Assembly (NCBI GenBank): GCA_037625715.1
Contig: JASJHQ010000078.1
Location: forward strand, 3,550-67,549
Source: Flavobacteriales bacterium
GTDB taxonomy: Bacteria > Bacteroidota > Bacteroidia > Flavobacteriales > UBA7312
DNA: 64,000 bases
Reading direction: 5' to 3'
How positions within the stretch are numbered: the first letter of the stretch is position 1; the number at the start of each line of letters is the position of its first letter. The translations under genes and the position numbers were made by a program. Shown here piece by piece: positions 38,964-49,862 of this stretch. The notes beneath the pieces were generated by a model. That model saw nothing but the letters and a program-made list of their open reading frames with translations. It had not been told where the DNA came from and made no database searches.

Positions 38964-40199
38964 TTAATGGTTAACCACAATCTGAATATTATTTCTACTT
39001 TTTTGTTCTAACAAAACTTCTTTCCCTTTTTTTACTTTAGCTACAGACTCAGAATTGTAATGCCTAATAGTGTATAGAGTAAGGTCCGTATTATAGAACA
39101 AAGAATAATCTTGAGAAAGCTTTTCTATCAAAGGCTTTGTTTTAATAGTATCGTTATCAAAACAAACGGAAAAGCTTAAAGCAGAATTTTGCATCATATT
39201 AACCGCAATATTATTTTGCGCCAATAATGAGAAAATATGGCTAATATGCTCTTCTATAATAAAGGATAAATCTTTAGTAGACAAAGAAAGTAACATCTGA
39301 TTAGGCTTTACAATATAAGAAGGCACAAAAGGAGTAATCTCTTGAAAGTCGCCAATTTCAGAACCTTGTGAATCAGGCTCTACAAAAGATTTCACCTTGA
39401 GAGGTATGTTCTTTGCTTTTAATGGTTGAATTGTTCTTGGGTGTACTACTTTAGCTCCGAAATAAGCCAACTCTATAGCTTCAGAATAAGGTATTTTTTC
39501 TAGGAGCTCAGTTGCATCAAAATAAACAGGATCAGCATTTAAAAACCCTGGAACATCTTTCCAGATAACAACCTGGTCTGCATCCAAAGCAAAAGCCAAA
39601 ATAGCTGCACTAAAATCAGAACCTTCTCTTCCTAGCGTGGTGGTAAAGTTTTCGGAAGTGCAACCTATAAAACCTTGAGTTAAATAAATACAATCATCAG
39701 TAAATGTCTTAGAAACTAAGTCTTTAGTAAGGTCCCAATCTACTCTAGCATTTCTGTAACAATTGTCTGTACGTATAAAATCTCTAGCATCTTTCCAATT
39801 AATATTTAAGCCTTCTTGTTTAAGAAATGCCCCAACAATTTTAGTGGACAACAATTCTCCAACAGAAACAATTTGATCATATTCAAAAGAATAAGTAGAA
39901 GTAGGTTTATCTTCAATAGCCCACTCTATTTCTACAAACAAATTATTTATTTCATCAAAAATTGGATGATTTCTTTCGAATAAATCTTTTGAAATATTAT
40001 AATGAAAATCTTTTAGTTCTTGAATGCTAGCACCGTCATTAAAAAAATAGTTTTCGGTTACTTTTTCTAGCATATTCGTAGTCTTTCCCATTGCAGAAAC
40101 AACTACCACAAGATTGCTATGATTCTTTACGATTTTAGCTAAATTTCTTACTCCATCTGCATCTTTCACCGACGCTCCTCCAAACTTATAAACCTTCAT
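38964..40199 (-). CDS. lysC: Aspartate kinase
   Basis: The start is taken at ATG 40199 (MKVYKFGGASVKD...VVVSAMGKTTN), a 1-nt TAATG overlap with the upstream GNAT gene. The track start at 40250 lies inside that gene. C-terminal ACT-like region present. Confidence 0.9.
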   Translation of the reverse strand: MKVYKFGGASVKDADGVRNLAKIVKNHSNLVVVVSAMGKTTNMLEKVTENYFFNDGASIQELKDFHYNISKDLFERNHPIFDEINNLFVEIEWAIEDKPTSTYSFEYDQIVSVGELLSTKIVGAFLKQEGLNINWKDARDFIRTDNCYRNARVDWDLTKDLVSKTFTDDCIYLTQGFIGCTSENFTTTLGREGSDFSAAILAFALDADQVVIWKDVPGFLNADPVYFDATELLEKIPYSEAIELAYFGAKVVHPRTIQPLKAKNIPLKVKSFVEPDSQGSEIGDFQEITPFVPSYIVKPNQMLLSLSTKDLSFIIEEHISHIFSLLAQNNIAVNMMQNSALSFSVCFDNDTIKTKPLIEKLSQDYSLFYNTDLTLYTIRHYNSESVAKVKKGKEVLLEQKSRNNIQIVVNH

Positions 40200-40675
40200 T
40201 ATTTTGTGATTTTTTGTAACTGATCCAAAGTTAATTTTCCATTGAGCCAATCATCTTCAATTATTGAATCGTATTTTTTATAAAAATTAATAGCCGGCTC
40301 GTTCCAATCTAACACTTGCCAAAACATTCCTTTTGCATTCATTTCTAAAGCAATTTTTGTTGTCGCTTCAAACAACATTGCTCCCACACCATTGCCTCTC
40401 CATTTTTCTTGTACTACAAAATCTTCCAGAAACAAAAACTTCCCTTTCCATGTGGAATATCTTATGAAATAGAATGAAATTCCAACTATTTTATTCTGAT
40501 GTTCGGCAACAATAAACCAATAAAAAGGGTGGTCTCCAAAGCCGTCTTGCTCCAAATCTTGTAACGTAATAGTAACTTGATCCAATGCTTTTTCGTAAAG
40601 AGCCAATTCTTTTATTAAATCTAAAACTTGATTTAAATCTTCCTTTTTACCTTTTCTAATAATTACCTCATTCAT
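40199..40675 (-). CDS. GNAT-family N-acetyltransferase
   Basis: 158 aa. Acetyl-CoA motif VQEKWRGNGVGAMLF. Confidence 0.8.
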   Translation of the reverse strand: MNEVIIRKGKKEDLNQVLDLIKELALYEKALDQVTITLQDLEQDGFGDHPFYWFIVAEHQNKIVGISFYFIRYSTWKGKFLFLEDFVVQEKWRGNGVGAMLFEATTKIALEMNAKGMFWQVLDWNEPAINFYKKYDSIIEDDWLNGKLTLDQLQKITK

Positions 40676-40747
40676 AAAAGCAAAGATAATTTTTTTTGAA
40701 GCTCAAAATTTACCTAAATATTCGATATTTGCATAAATTTCTAATTC

Positions 40748-41749
40748 ATGTCAAAAATAGCTACGCTTACTGAGTTTATTACAGACCAGCAAATTCTAAA
40801 TCCACAAGCAACTGGAGATCTTACTCGTATTTTATACGATATATCTGTTGCTTCAAAAGTGGTAAATAAAGAAATTAATAAGGCAGGTTTAAATGACATG
40901 ACAGGAGATGTTGGTCAAGAAAACATACAAGGGGAGTCGGTAAAGAAATTAGACTTATATGCCAACAATGTATTCATAGACGCTCTTGAAGGCGGCGGCC
41001 AATGCGCAGCCATAGCTTCTGAAGAAAATGAAGAAATAATCATTTTAGACGGATTAAATTCTTCAAAAGGAAAGTATCTTTTGTGTATGGACCCTCTTGA
41101 TGGCTCCTCCAACATTGATGTAAATATTTCTGTGGGAACTATATTTTCTGTTTTAAAAAGGAAAGACCCTAATAAAGACGTTTCAGAAGACGAATTTTTT
41201 GTTGCCGGAAACCAACAAGTAGCTGCGGGATACGTTATTTACGGATCATCTACTATGTTAGTTTATACTACTGGAAATGGCGTAAATGGCTTTACTCTTG
41301 ACCCATCGATTGGAGAGTTTTATCTTTCTCATCCCAACATGAAAACTCCTGCAAAAGGAGAAATATTTTCCATAAATGAAGCTAACGAAAAAATCATGCC
41401 GCTTGGAGTTCAGAAGTATGCCAAATTTTGCCACGAGCTAGACCAAGATGGTAAAAGAACACATACTGCGAGGTTCATGGGATCTTTAGTTGCCGACTTT
41501 CATCGTAATTTATTAAAAGGTGGAATCTACATTTACCCAAACACTAACGCAGCACCTACAGGAAGATTAAGACTGATGTATGAATGCTCTCCATTAGCAT
41601 GGATTATCGAAGAAGCTGGAGGAAAAGCTAGCGATGGAAAAACAAGAATATTAGATATCGTGCCTACTAACATTCACCAAAGAGCCCCATTATTTATTGG
41701 CTCAATGGAAATGATGGAAAAGGCAGAAAAATTTATGACTGAATCGTGA
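40748..41749 (+). CDS. fbp: Fructose-1,6-bisphosphatase class 1
   Basis: 333 aa. Metal-site motif DPLDGSSNIDVN and the C-terminal GRLRLMYECSPLA. Confidence 0.95.
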   Translation: MSKIATLTEFITDQQILNPQATGDLTRILYDISVASKVVNKEINKAGLNDMTGDVGQENIQGESVKKLDLYANNVFIDALEGGGQCAAIASEENEEIIILDGLNSSKGKYLLCMDPLDGSSNIDVNISVGTIFSVLKRKDPNKDVSEDEFFVAGNQQVAAGYVIYGSSTMLVYTTGNGVNGFTLDPSIGEFYLSHPNMKTPAKGEIFSINEANEKIMPLGVQKYAKFCHELDQDGKRTHTARFMGSLVADFHRNLLKGGIYIYPNTNAAPTGRLRLMYECSPLAWIIEEAGGKASDGKTRILDIVPTNIHQRAPLFIGSMEMMEKAEKFMTES

Positions 41750-44700
41750 TATCATCTCCTTTAATTGACCTTTATAAAAATCATTCTTGCATAGAACGAT
41801 TATCTAAAGCTATCTCTTCAGAAAAGAATAGCAAGTTTAGAATGAAGGGTCTAATTGGAGCCCAAGATGTAATAATTGCTGCACAAGCGGTAAAGGAAAT
41901 TAAAAAGTCTCACCTTTTTATTTTAAATGATAAAGAGGAAGCTGCATACTTCATTAATGATCTAGAATTAATTTTAAAAAACGAAATACTTTTTTATCCT
42001 AGCTCTTACCGAAGACCTTATCAAATAGAAGAAACTGACAACGCAAACATCTTATTAAGAATAGAAACTTTAAATAAGATAAATCGTCAGAAACAATCAA
42101 TTATCATTAGTTATCCCGAAGCTATTTTTGAGAAAGTAATTAATCAAAAACAGCTGAGAAATAACTCCTTAGACATTCAAAAGGGAGACCAACTATCTAT
42201 CCGTTTTGTCAATGAATGCCTTCAAGAATATAAATTCGAAAAAGTTGAATTTGTTGTCGAACCTGGCCAATATTCTGTTAGAGGAGGAATAATTGATGTC
42301 TTCTCATTTTCAAATGAAAACCCATACAGAATTGAGTTTTTTGATGAAGAAATTGAAAGCATTCGAACCTTTGATATAAACTCACAAAGATCAAAAGAGC
42401 AGCTAACAAAAGCTAGTATTGTACCTAATGTTCAGATACAATTCATTAATGATGATCAGCAAAGTATTTTTGAATTTCTAAAAAAAGATACTATCGTATG
42501 GATAAAAGATAGTCTAGAAACAAAAGACAAACTAAATGACTTTTACGAAAAGGCAATAAACGAATTTAAAAAACTAGAAGATAGACCTCTCAAACATATC
42601 GAACCAGATCAATTATTTTTGAAAGGGGAAGATTTGATAGTCCAGCTACAAAACAAAACAGTTATAGAGTTTGGTGATAGATATTTTTTTGAAGCTGACA
42701 ATAATTATGAGTTTAAATCAACCCATCAACCAGTTTTTAATAAACAGTTCAACTTACTAATTGAAGACCTAAAAAAGAGTAGCGAAAATGGTTTTGAAAA
42801 TTTCATTTTATGCAGCTCCAATGAGCAAGTAAAAAGGCTAGAACAAATTGTTGAAGATTCGGGTGAAAAAATAAATTTTAAATCCATTCTTTTTAGCTTG
42901 AACAAAGGCTTTATCGACCATCAATTAAAAATATGTTGCTATACCGATCATCAAATATTTGAAAGGTATCATAAGTTTAAACTTAAAACAGGTTTTGCAA
43001 ACAAGCAGTCTATAACGATAAAACAACTGTCAAACCTACAGCCGGGAGATTATGTTACTCATATAGACCATGGGATTGGGAAGTTTGCTGGCCTACACAC
43101 TATTGATATAAACGGCAAAAAACAAGAAGCAATAAAATTGCTCTATAAAGATAATGACACTTTATTTATTAGTATTCATTCTCTTCATAAAATTGCAAAA
43201 TATAGTGGCAAAGAAGGCAACGCACCAAAGACCAATAAATTAGGCTCAGGCCATTGGCAAAAAACAAAATCTAAAACTAAAACAAGAGTAAAAACAATAG
43301 CATACGACCTTATCAAACTGTATGCTAAAAGAAAAGAACAAGTCGGATTTGAATTCTCACCTGATAGTTTTTTACAACACGAGCTCGAAGCATCTTTTAT
43401 GTATGAGGATACTCCTGATCAATTAAAAACGACTATAGCCGTAAAACAGGACATGGAAAACACCATTCCTATGGATAGACTCGTATGTGGTGACGTTGGT
43501 TTTGGCAAAACCGAAATTGCAATAAGAGCAGCATTTAAAGCGGTAGCCGACAACAAGCAAGTAGCTGTTTTAGTTCCCACCACTATTTTAGCAATGCAGC
43601 ATGCGAAATCGTTTGCAAAAAGACTAGAAGGACTTCCTTGTAATGTTGATTATATCAATAGGTTCAGAACAGCAAAAGAGCAAAAAGACACCTTAAAAAG
43701 AGTGGAAAGCGGAGAGGTAGACATTTTAATTGGGACACACAGAATTGTAGGAAAAGACGTTAAATTCAAAGACATTGGATTATTAGTTATTGACGAAGAA
43801 CAAAAATTTGGAGTTTCTATAAAAGACAAATTAAAAACACTCAAATCAAACATTGACACACTAACTCTTACCGCAACACCTATCCCTAGAACGCTACAGT
43901 TTTCATTAATGGGGGCAAGGGATTTATCAGTAATTAATACTGCTCCACCAAATCGCCATCCTGTAGAAACTTTAGTTACTACTTTCGATGAAGAAATTAT
44001 TAGAGACGCTGTAAGGTTCGAAATATCAAGGGGAGGACAAATCTATTTCGTGCACAATAGAATTGAAAACATAAAAGAAGTTGCTGGATTGTTACAACGA
44101 TTATGCCCTGATGCAAGAATAGGTGTTGGACATGGTCAGATGGAAGGAAAAAAACTAGAAAGTTTGATGTTAGACTTCATGGACAATCAATTTGACGTCT
44201 TGGTTTCTACTACTATAATTGAAAGCGGATTAGACATCCCTAATGCAAATACCATCATAATTAATAATGCAAATAACTTCGGGCTGAGTGACTTGCACCA
44301 AATGAGAGGAAGAGTTGGTCGATCGAATAAAAAATCGTTCTGTTACTTACTAGCTCCGCCTACGTATTCCTTAACAGCAGACGCTAAAAAACGACTAAAT
44401 GCTTTAGAGCAGTTTTCCGCTTTAGGGAGTGGGTTTAATATTTCCATGAGAGACTTAGATATTAGAGGCGCTGGAGACTTGTTAGGGGCCGAACAAAGCG
44501 GATTCATAAGCGATATTGGTTTCGAAATGTATCAAAAGATTTTAGATGAAGCCTTAGCTGAATTGAAAGATGACGAATTCAAAGAATTATATAAAGACGA
44601 ACAAAAGGACAATGATTTCGTTAAAGAATGTCAGCTAGACACCGACCTACAAATTCTAATTCCGGACGACTACATTTCTAGCATTTCTGAAAGACTATCC

Positions 44701-45084
44701 CTTTACAAAGAGCTCACTTCCTTAGAAACAGATATTGATTTAAAAGAATTTGAGGCAAAAATTGTAGACCGATTTGGCGCCATACCAAACGAGGTTTACG
44801 AACTTATATCTTCTATAAGATTAAGATGGATTGGTAAAGAATTGGGCTTTCAAAGAATCTCTTTAAAAAACAATTTATTCACTGGCTATTTCGTTAGCCA
44901 AGAAAACACCAATTATTTTCAATCTAACAAGTTTGGACAAATACTGCAATTCTTTAAGTCAAACTTCAAAACTTGTGAGATGAAAGAATTAAAAGGAAAA
45001 TCCATTTTCAGAATAATAGAGGTTGGTTCTATTGAAGATGCAATGAATAAATGCAAAGAGATTCTAGCGATTAAATTAAGCTAG
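41746..45084 (+). CDS. mfd: Transcription-repair coupling factor
   Basis: 1112 aa. GTG start overlaps the fbp TGA. CarD-like domain (GDYVTHIDHGIGKF), SF2 helicase motifs (GDVGFGKTE, DEEQKFG, QMRGRVGR), and a TRCF C-domain. Confidence 0.96.
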   Translation: MISSPLIDLYKNHSCIERLSKAISSEKNSKFRMKGLIGAQDVIIAAQAVKEIKKSHLFILNDKEEAAYFINDLELILKNEILFYPSSYRRPYQIEETDNANILLRIETLNKINRQKQSIIISYPEAIFEKVINQKQLRNNSLDIQKGDQLSIRFVNECLQEYKFEKVEFVVEPGQYSVRGGIIDVFSFSNENPYRIEFFDEEIESIRTFDINSQRSKEQLTKASIVPNVQIQFINDDQQSIFEFLKKDTIVWIKDSLETKDKLNDFYEKAINEFKKLEDRPLKHIEPDQLFLKGEDLIVQLQNKTVIEFGDRYFFEADNNYEFKSTHQPVFNKQFNLLIEDLKKSSENGFENFILCSSNEQVKRLEQIVEDSGEKINFKSILFSLNKGFIDHQLKICCYTDHQIFERYHKFKLKTGFANKQSITIKQLSNLQPGDYVTHIDHGIGKFAGLHTIDINGKKQEAIKLLYKDNDTLFISIHSLHKIAKYSGKEGNAPKTNKLGSGHWQKTKSKTKTRVKTIAYDLIKLYAKRKEQVGFEFSPDSFLQHELEASFMYEDTPDQLKTTIAVKQDMENTIPMDRLVCGDVGFGKTEIAIRAAFKAVADNKQVAVLVPTTILAMQHAKSFAKRLEGLPCNVDYINRFRTAKEQKDTLKRVESGEVDILIGTHRIVGKDVKFKDIGLLVIDEEQKFGVSIKDKLKTLKSNIDTLTLTATPIPRTLQFSLMGARDLSVINTAPPNRHPVETLVTTFDEEIIRDAVRFEISRGGQIYFVHNRIENIKEVAGLLQRLCPDARIGVGHGQMEGKKLESLMLDFMDNQFDVLVSTTIIESGLDIPNANTIIINNANNFGLSDLHQMRGRVGRSNKKSFCYLLAPPTYSLTADAKKRLNALEQFSALGSGFNISMRDLDIRGAGDLLGAEQSGFISDIGFEMYQKILDEALAELKDDEFKELYKDEQKDNDFVKECQLDTDLQILIPDDYISSISERLSLYKELTSLETDIDLKEFEAKIVDRFGAIPNEVYELISSIRLRWIGKELGFQRISLKNNLFTGYFVSQENTNYFQSNKFGQILQFFKSNFKTCEMKELKGKSIFRIIEVGSIEDAMNKCKEILAIKLS

Positions 45085-45123
45085 AAAAGAAAGGAAAATT
45101 TACAGATAAAAGATTGTTATCAA

Positions 45124-46362
45124 CTACCTTCTTATTGCTTCCACAGGATCTAACTTTGAAGCAGATAATGCTGGAGTAATTCCCGATATAATACCAATAA
45201 TAACAGACACCAAAAGTCCTAAAATTATATTTTGAGCACTTAGCTCAACCGTAAATTCGGTGAAGTTAGTTATTGAAATAGCCATGAGATACACTAAGAA
45301 CAAGCCAAACATTCCTCCAGCAATACATAAAAACACAGACTCTAATAAAAATTGAATTAGAATAAAGCTGTTTTTAGCTCCAAGAGCTTTTTGTATTCCA
45401 ATTAGTTTAGTACGTTCTTTCACAGAAACAAACATAATGTTGGCAATACCAAAACCACCCACCAAAATAGAGAAACCTCCTATAACCCAACCAGCTAAAC
45501 CAATTACAGAAAACAAACTATCCAATTGGTTCCCAATCAAACTAATTTCGTTTAAAGAAAAATTATCTGGCATTTGAGGCTTTAGCTTTCTAATAGAGCG
45601 CATTACTCCTCTTAATTCATCCTTTAAGGCAATGTTAGTAACGGACTCTTTAGCCTTAACTAAAACCATCGGATTACTCCTTTTATTAATAAACTTTTTG
45701 CCAAAATACACGGGAACAACAACTGCCTGATCTAAAGAATTTCCGGTAATATCCTGGCCTTCTTTTTGAAAGACTCCAATCACCGAACACTTTCTTCCAT
45801 TAATTTTAATTTCCTTACCAAAAGAACTTTCAGCAGGAAAAAAAGCAGAAGCAATATCGTAACCAATTATAACATTGTTTTTTCCTGATTTAACTTCACT
45901 TTCCGTAAAGTATCTACCATTTACTAAATCGAAATTTCTTATCTTATTCCAATCATAAGAAACCGCCAGAACTTCGGCATTTTCTACACTGTTATTCTGA
46001 TATTTGATAGTTCGGTTTGCACTAATTATAAAAGCTGCAGCATCACTATTTATAAGTCTTGATTGCAATTTAGTAAGCTCCGAAATTTTCATCTCAGGAC
46101 GCTTAAGAAAATCCCACCATTTATACTCTTCATTATCCTCTGCACCCCAACTCCATTTCTGCACATAAATAACATCACTACCTAGTTTGCTAACGCTCTG
46201 ACGAACATTTTTCTCTAAAGAATCTACAATAGTAAAAACAGAAATAATAGCTAAAATACCAATAGTTACACCTAAGAGAGATAAAAAAGTACGAAGCTTA
46301 TTGTTGACCAAAGCACTCCAAGCAAAATTTAAACTTTCAGTAAAAAGACGAAGAAACATCAT
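45124..46362 (-). CDS. ABC transporter permease, MacB/FtsX family
   Basis: 412 aa. N-terminal TM helix, a periplasmic MacB-like domain, and a C-terminal FtsX 3-TM bundle (..KERTKLIGIQKALGAK..). No ATPase gene is adjacent. Confidence 0.8.
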   Translation of the reverse strand: MMFLRLFTESLNFAWSALVNNKLRTFLSLLGVTIGILAIISVFTIVDSLEKNVRQSVSKLGSDVIYVQKWSWGAEDNEEYKWWDFLKRPEMKISELTKLQSRLINSDAAAFIISANRTIKYQNNSVENAEVLAVSYDWNKIRNFDLVNGRYFTESEVKSGKNNVIIGYDIASAFFPAESSFGKEIKINGRKCSVIGVFQKEGQDITGNSLDQAVVVPVYFGKKFINKRSNPMVLVKAKESVTNIALKDELRGVMRSIRKLKPQMPDNFSLNEISLIGNQLDSLFSVIGLAGWVIGGFSILVGGFGIANIMFVSVKERTKLIGIQKALGAKNSFILIQFLLESVFLCIAGGMFGLFLVYLMAISITNFTEFTVELSAQNIILGLLVSVIIGIISGITPALSASKLDPVEAIRR

Positions 46363-46495
46363 AGGGCATATATAGATTGTAAAAGTAGTTAATTTTTAGA
46401 TTAGAAAAGTTTTCAACAAAAGTAAAAAAGCTTTCATTCCCCGTTGATTCTTGCTAGCTATTTAGGTATTATTGCAATACAACATTTATATTTTA

Positions 46496-48013
46496 ATGAA
46501 CGGATTTATAAAACCAAAAAATGCATTGATCTCTGTTTTCAACAAACAAGGATTAGAGCCAATTTTAAATCAACTATCTTCCCTAGGAGTTGAAATATAT
46601 TCAACTGGAGGAACTCAAAGTTTTATTGAAGAAAAAGGAATTAAAGTTACTCCTGTTGAGGAGCTAACATCTTATCCTTCAATTCTTGGCGGAAGAGTAA
46701 AGACATTACACCCTAAAGTATTTGGAGGAATTCTTGCAAGAAGAGAGTTAGATAGTGATTTACAACAGCTTAATGATTATGAAATCCCAGAATTTGATGT
46801 AGTTATTGTTGACCTATATCCTTTTGAAGATACGGTTGCTTCTGGAGCTCCAGAACAAGACATTATAGAAAAAATTGATATTGGCGGAATTTCTTTGATA
46901 CGTGCAGCAGCAAAGAACTTCAAAGATGTGATGGTTATATCATCCATCTCAGATTACCAAAAATACACAGACATACTTGCCCAAAAGAAAGGAACAGAAT
47001 TAAGCGACAGAAAAGAATTTGCTGCAAAGGCATTTAATGTTTCGTCTCATTATGATTCTCATATCTTTAATTTTTTCGACGAGGAAAATACTGCATTCAA
47101 GAGTTCTGTAAGTGGTTCTAACATTTTAAGATATGGTGAAAATCCACATCAAAAAGGAACATTCTACGGAGATTTAAATAAGATGTTTGACCAATTAAAT
47201 GGAAAAGCGCTATCTTACAATAATTTATTAGACATCGATGCTGCCGTTAATTTAATTGACGAATTTGATAAAAATACTTTTGCTATATTGAAGCATAATA
47301 ATGCTTGCGGAATAGCATCTAGAAAAGTTTTAAAAGAAGCCTATCAATGTGCCCTAGCAGGTGACTCTATTTCTGCATTTGGTGGCGTTTTGATCACTAA
47401 TGCCAATATCGACATTGATACTGCCGAAGAAATAAATAAATTATTTTGCGAAATAGTAATTGCTCCTTCTTACGACCAAGAAAGTATTGCTATTTTGAAA
47501 TCAAAGAAAAATAGAATAGTTTTAATCCGTAAAGATATCTCACTGAACAAAAATCAACATCGTTCATTGCTTAACGGAGTATTAGCTCAAGATAAAGATT
47601 TAGTTACAGACTCAATTTCATCAATGGAAAGCGTAACTAATTTAGCTCCAACTAGCGAGCAATTAAGTGATTTAGAGTTTGCAAGTAAAATTTGCAAAAA
47701 CACGAAATCAAATGCTATTGTCTTAGTTAAAGACAATCAACTTTTAGCAAGTGGTGTTGGACAAACTTCAAGAGTAGATGCATTAATGCAAGCTATTGGA
47801 AAAGCCAAAGCATTTGGCTTTGATTTAAACGGATCGGTAATGGCATCGGATGCCTTTTTTCCTTTCCCAGATTGCGTAGAAATAGCACATAAAGCAGGGG
47901 TTACTGCAGTAATTCAACCTGGAGGTTCTATCAAAGACCAACTATCAATTGATTACTGTAATGAGAATAAAATTGCAATGGTTACGACTGGAACTAGACA
48001 TTTTAAACATTAA
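46496..48013 (+). CDS. purH: Bifunctional AICAR transformylase / IMP cyclohydrolase
   Basis: ATG at 46496 (MNGFIKPKNALISVFNK..) is preferred over the track's TTG at 46472. MGS-like N-domain, and the C-terminus ..VIQPGGSIKD...TGTRHFKH. Confidence 0.95.
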   Translation: MNGFIKPKNALISVFNKQGLEPILNQLSSLGVEIYSTGGTQSFIEEKGIKVTPVEELTSYPSILGGRVKTLHPKVFGGILARRELDSDLQQLNDYEIPEFDVVIVDLYPFEDTVASGAPEQDIIEKIDIGGISLIRAAAKNFKDVMVISSISDYQKYTDILAQKKGTELSDRKEFAAKAFNVSSHYDSHIFNFFDEENTAFKSSVSGSNILRYGENPHQKGTFYGDLNKMFDQLNGKALSYNNLLDIDAAVNLIDEFDKNTFAILKHNNACGIASRKVLKEAYQCALAGDSISAFGGVLITNANIDIDTAEEINKLFCEIVIAPSYDQESIAILKSKKNRIVLIRKDISLNKNQHRSLLNGVLAQDKDLVTDSISSMESVTNLAPTSEQLSDLEFASKICKNTKSNAIVLVKDNQLLASGVGQTSRVDALMQAIGKAKAFGFDLNGSVMASDAFFPFPDCVEIAHKAGVTAVIQPGGSIKDQLSIDYCNENKIAMVTTGTRHFKH

Positions 48014-48025
48014 TAAAAAAACAAT

Positions 48026-49048
48026 ATGGGATTTTTTGATTTCATGACGCAAGAAATTGCGATTGACTTAGGAACAGCAAACACACTTATCATTCACAAC
48101 GATAAAGTAGTTGTTGATGAGCCTTCAATAGTTGCAAAAGATATCATTCTTAACAAAGTGGTTGCAATTGGAAAAAAAGCTCAATTGATGCAAGGTAAGA
48201 CCCATAAAACAATACATACTATTCGACCTTTGAAAGATGGTGTTATTGCTGACTTCTCTGCTGCAGAACAAATGATTCGAGGAATGATTAAAATGATTCC
48301 AAGAAGAAAAAGTTTATTTTCTCCATCTTTGAAAATGGTAGTTTGTATTCCTTCTGGAATTACTGAGGTAGAAAAAAGAGCGGTAAAAGATTCAGCAGAA
48401 CACGCAGGAGCAAAAGAAGTATTCTTAATTCACGAGCCAATGGCTGCAGCAATTGGAATAGGTATAGATGTTTTAGAGCCAAAAGGAAACATGATTATTG
48501 ATATAGGTGGTGGAACTTCGGAAATTGCAGTTATCTCCTTAGGAGGTATTGTAACTGACAGATCCATTCGTGTAGCTGGTGACAATTTCACAACAGACAT
48601 TCGTATTTATATGAAAAACCACCATAACATTGATATTGGTGAAAGAATGGCCGAAAAAATAAAAATAAATGTAGGTGCAGCTCTTCAAGAATTAGATGAG
48701 CCACCTCCACACTTTGCTGTTCATGGTAGAGATTTAATGAGTGGTATCCCTAAAGAAATTATTGTTACTTACAAAGAGATAGCAAGAGCATTAGATCAGA
48801 CTATTACTCAAATTGAGATTGCTATTTTAGCTGCACTAGGCCAAACACCTCCAGAATTATCTGCAGACATCTACAATACTGGTATTTATTTAACAGGAGG
48901 TGGATCAATGCTAAGAGGACTTGACAAAAGAATTTCTCAGAAAACTAAACTACCAGTTTACGTAGCAGAAGATCCGTTAAGAGCTGTAGCAAGAGGAACA
49001 GGTATTGCACTGAAAAATACAGAAAACTTCCCGTTCTTAATTAGATAA
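48026..49048 (+). CDS. mreB: Rod-shape-determining protein MreB
   Basis: 340 aa. Actin-fold motifs IDLGTANTLI, EPMAAAIG and DIGGGTSE. Confidence 0.97.
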   Translation: MGFFDFMTQEIAIDLGTANTLIIHNDKVVVDEPSIVAKDIILNKVVAIGKKAQLMQGKTHKTIHTIRPLKDGVIADFSAAEQMIRGMIKMIPRRKSLFSPSLKMVVCIPSGITEVEKRAVKDSAEHAGAKEVFLIHEPMAAAIGIGIDVLEPKGNMIIDIGGGTSEIAVISLGGIVTDRSIRVAGDNFTTDIRIYMKNHHNIDIGERMAEKIKINVGAALQELDEPPPHFAVHGRDLMSGIPKEIIVTYKEIARALDQTITQIEIAILAALGQTPPELSADIYNTGIYLTGGGSMLRGLDKRISQKTKLPVYVAEDPLRAVARGTGIALKNTENFPFLIR

Positions 49049-49061
49049 AGCGATGTAACAT

Positions 49062-49862
49062 ATGCGTAATCTATTTCAGTTTTTAAGCAAAAACCAGCAT
49101 TTAGTCTTGTTTATATTCCTGGAGTTGATAGCACTAGCTTTAGTCATTCAGAATAATTCATTTCACCGTTCTGCTTTTATAAACTCCACAAACGGAGTTA
49201 CTTCATCGATATATAAAAACGCAAACGATATAGATAATTATTTCTCACTAAAGGAAACCAATAAAATGCTTTTGCAGGAAAATGCGAAACTAAGGAGTAC
49301 AATTACTTACCTTAAAACAGAAAGCAATTCGTCTGTATTTCCTCAAAATTTTATCTCCTCTGAAGTAATTAACAACTCTGTTTCCAACATCAACAATTAC
49401 ATTACCCTTGACAAAGGATCTATTGACGGAGTTGTAAAAGGAATGGGCGTTATTAGCGATAATGGAGTCGTAGGAATTGTAAGAGAAACTTCAAAGAATT
49501 TCAGCTCTGTAATGTCTATTTTAAATAGCAAATCTAGAATTAGCGTAGAGCTTAAGAAAAACAATCACCTTGGCTCCTTAGTTTGGAATGGTGTAAATTA
49601 CAGAAAAGGAAAGGTAAACGAAATCCCTATTCACGTAAAACTATCGAAAGGAGATACTATTGTTACTAGCGGGTATTCCTCCAAATTTCCAAAACAAATT
49701 CCGATAGGAACAATTAGCAAAATAAAAACCAACGAAAATGAAAATTTTCATGAAGTAGAAATTATCTTCATTGAAGATTTTAAAGAATTAAAATATGTAC
49801 ATATTTGCCATTCTTTATTAGAGCAAGAAAAGAAAACCTTAGAAGAAAAAAATAATGAATAG
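49062..49862 (+). CDS. mreC: Rod-shape-determining protein MreC
   Basis: 266 aa. N-terminal TM helix, a coiled coil (LLQENAKLRS), and beta-barrel domains (GMGVISDNGVVGIV). Position between mreB and mreD supports the call. Confidence 0.85.
   Translation: MRNLFQFLSKNQHLVLFIFLELIALALVIQNNSFHRSAFINSTNGVTSSIYKNANDIDNYFSLKETNKMLLQENAKLRSTITYLKTESNSSVFPQNFISSEVINNSVSNINNYITLDKGSIDGVVKGMGVISDNGVVGIVRETSKNFSSVMSILNSKSRISVELKKNNHLGSLVWNGVNYRKGKVNEIPIHVKLSKGDTIVTSGYSSKFPKQIPIGTISKIKTNENENFHEVEIIFIEDFKELKYVHICHSLLEQEKKTLEEKNNE

Noticed and set aside
45124-46362. Orphan MacB/FtsX permease as part of a novel system
   Set aside because: It is a stand-alone permease gene between mfd and purH, with no adjacent ATPase, adaptor or other accessory genes. 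Partner genes are commonly encoded elsewhere in Bacteroidota.
46363-46495. ZTP (pfl) riboswitch upstream of purH
   Set aside because: The spacer is AT-rich and lacks the GC-rich conserved ZTP core and pseudoknot elements. No convincing stems were found.
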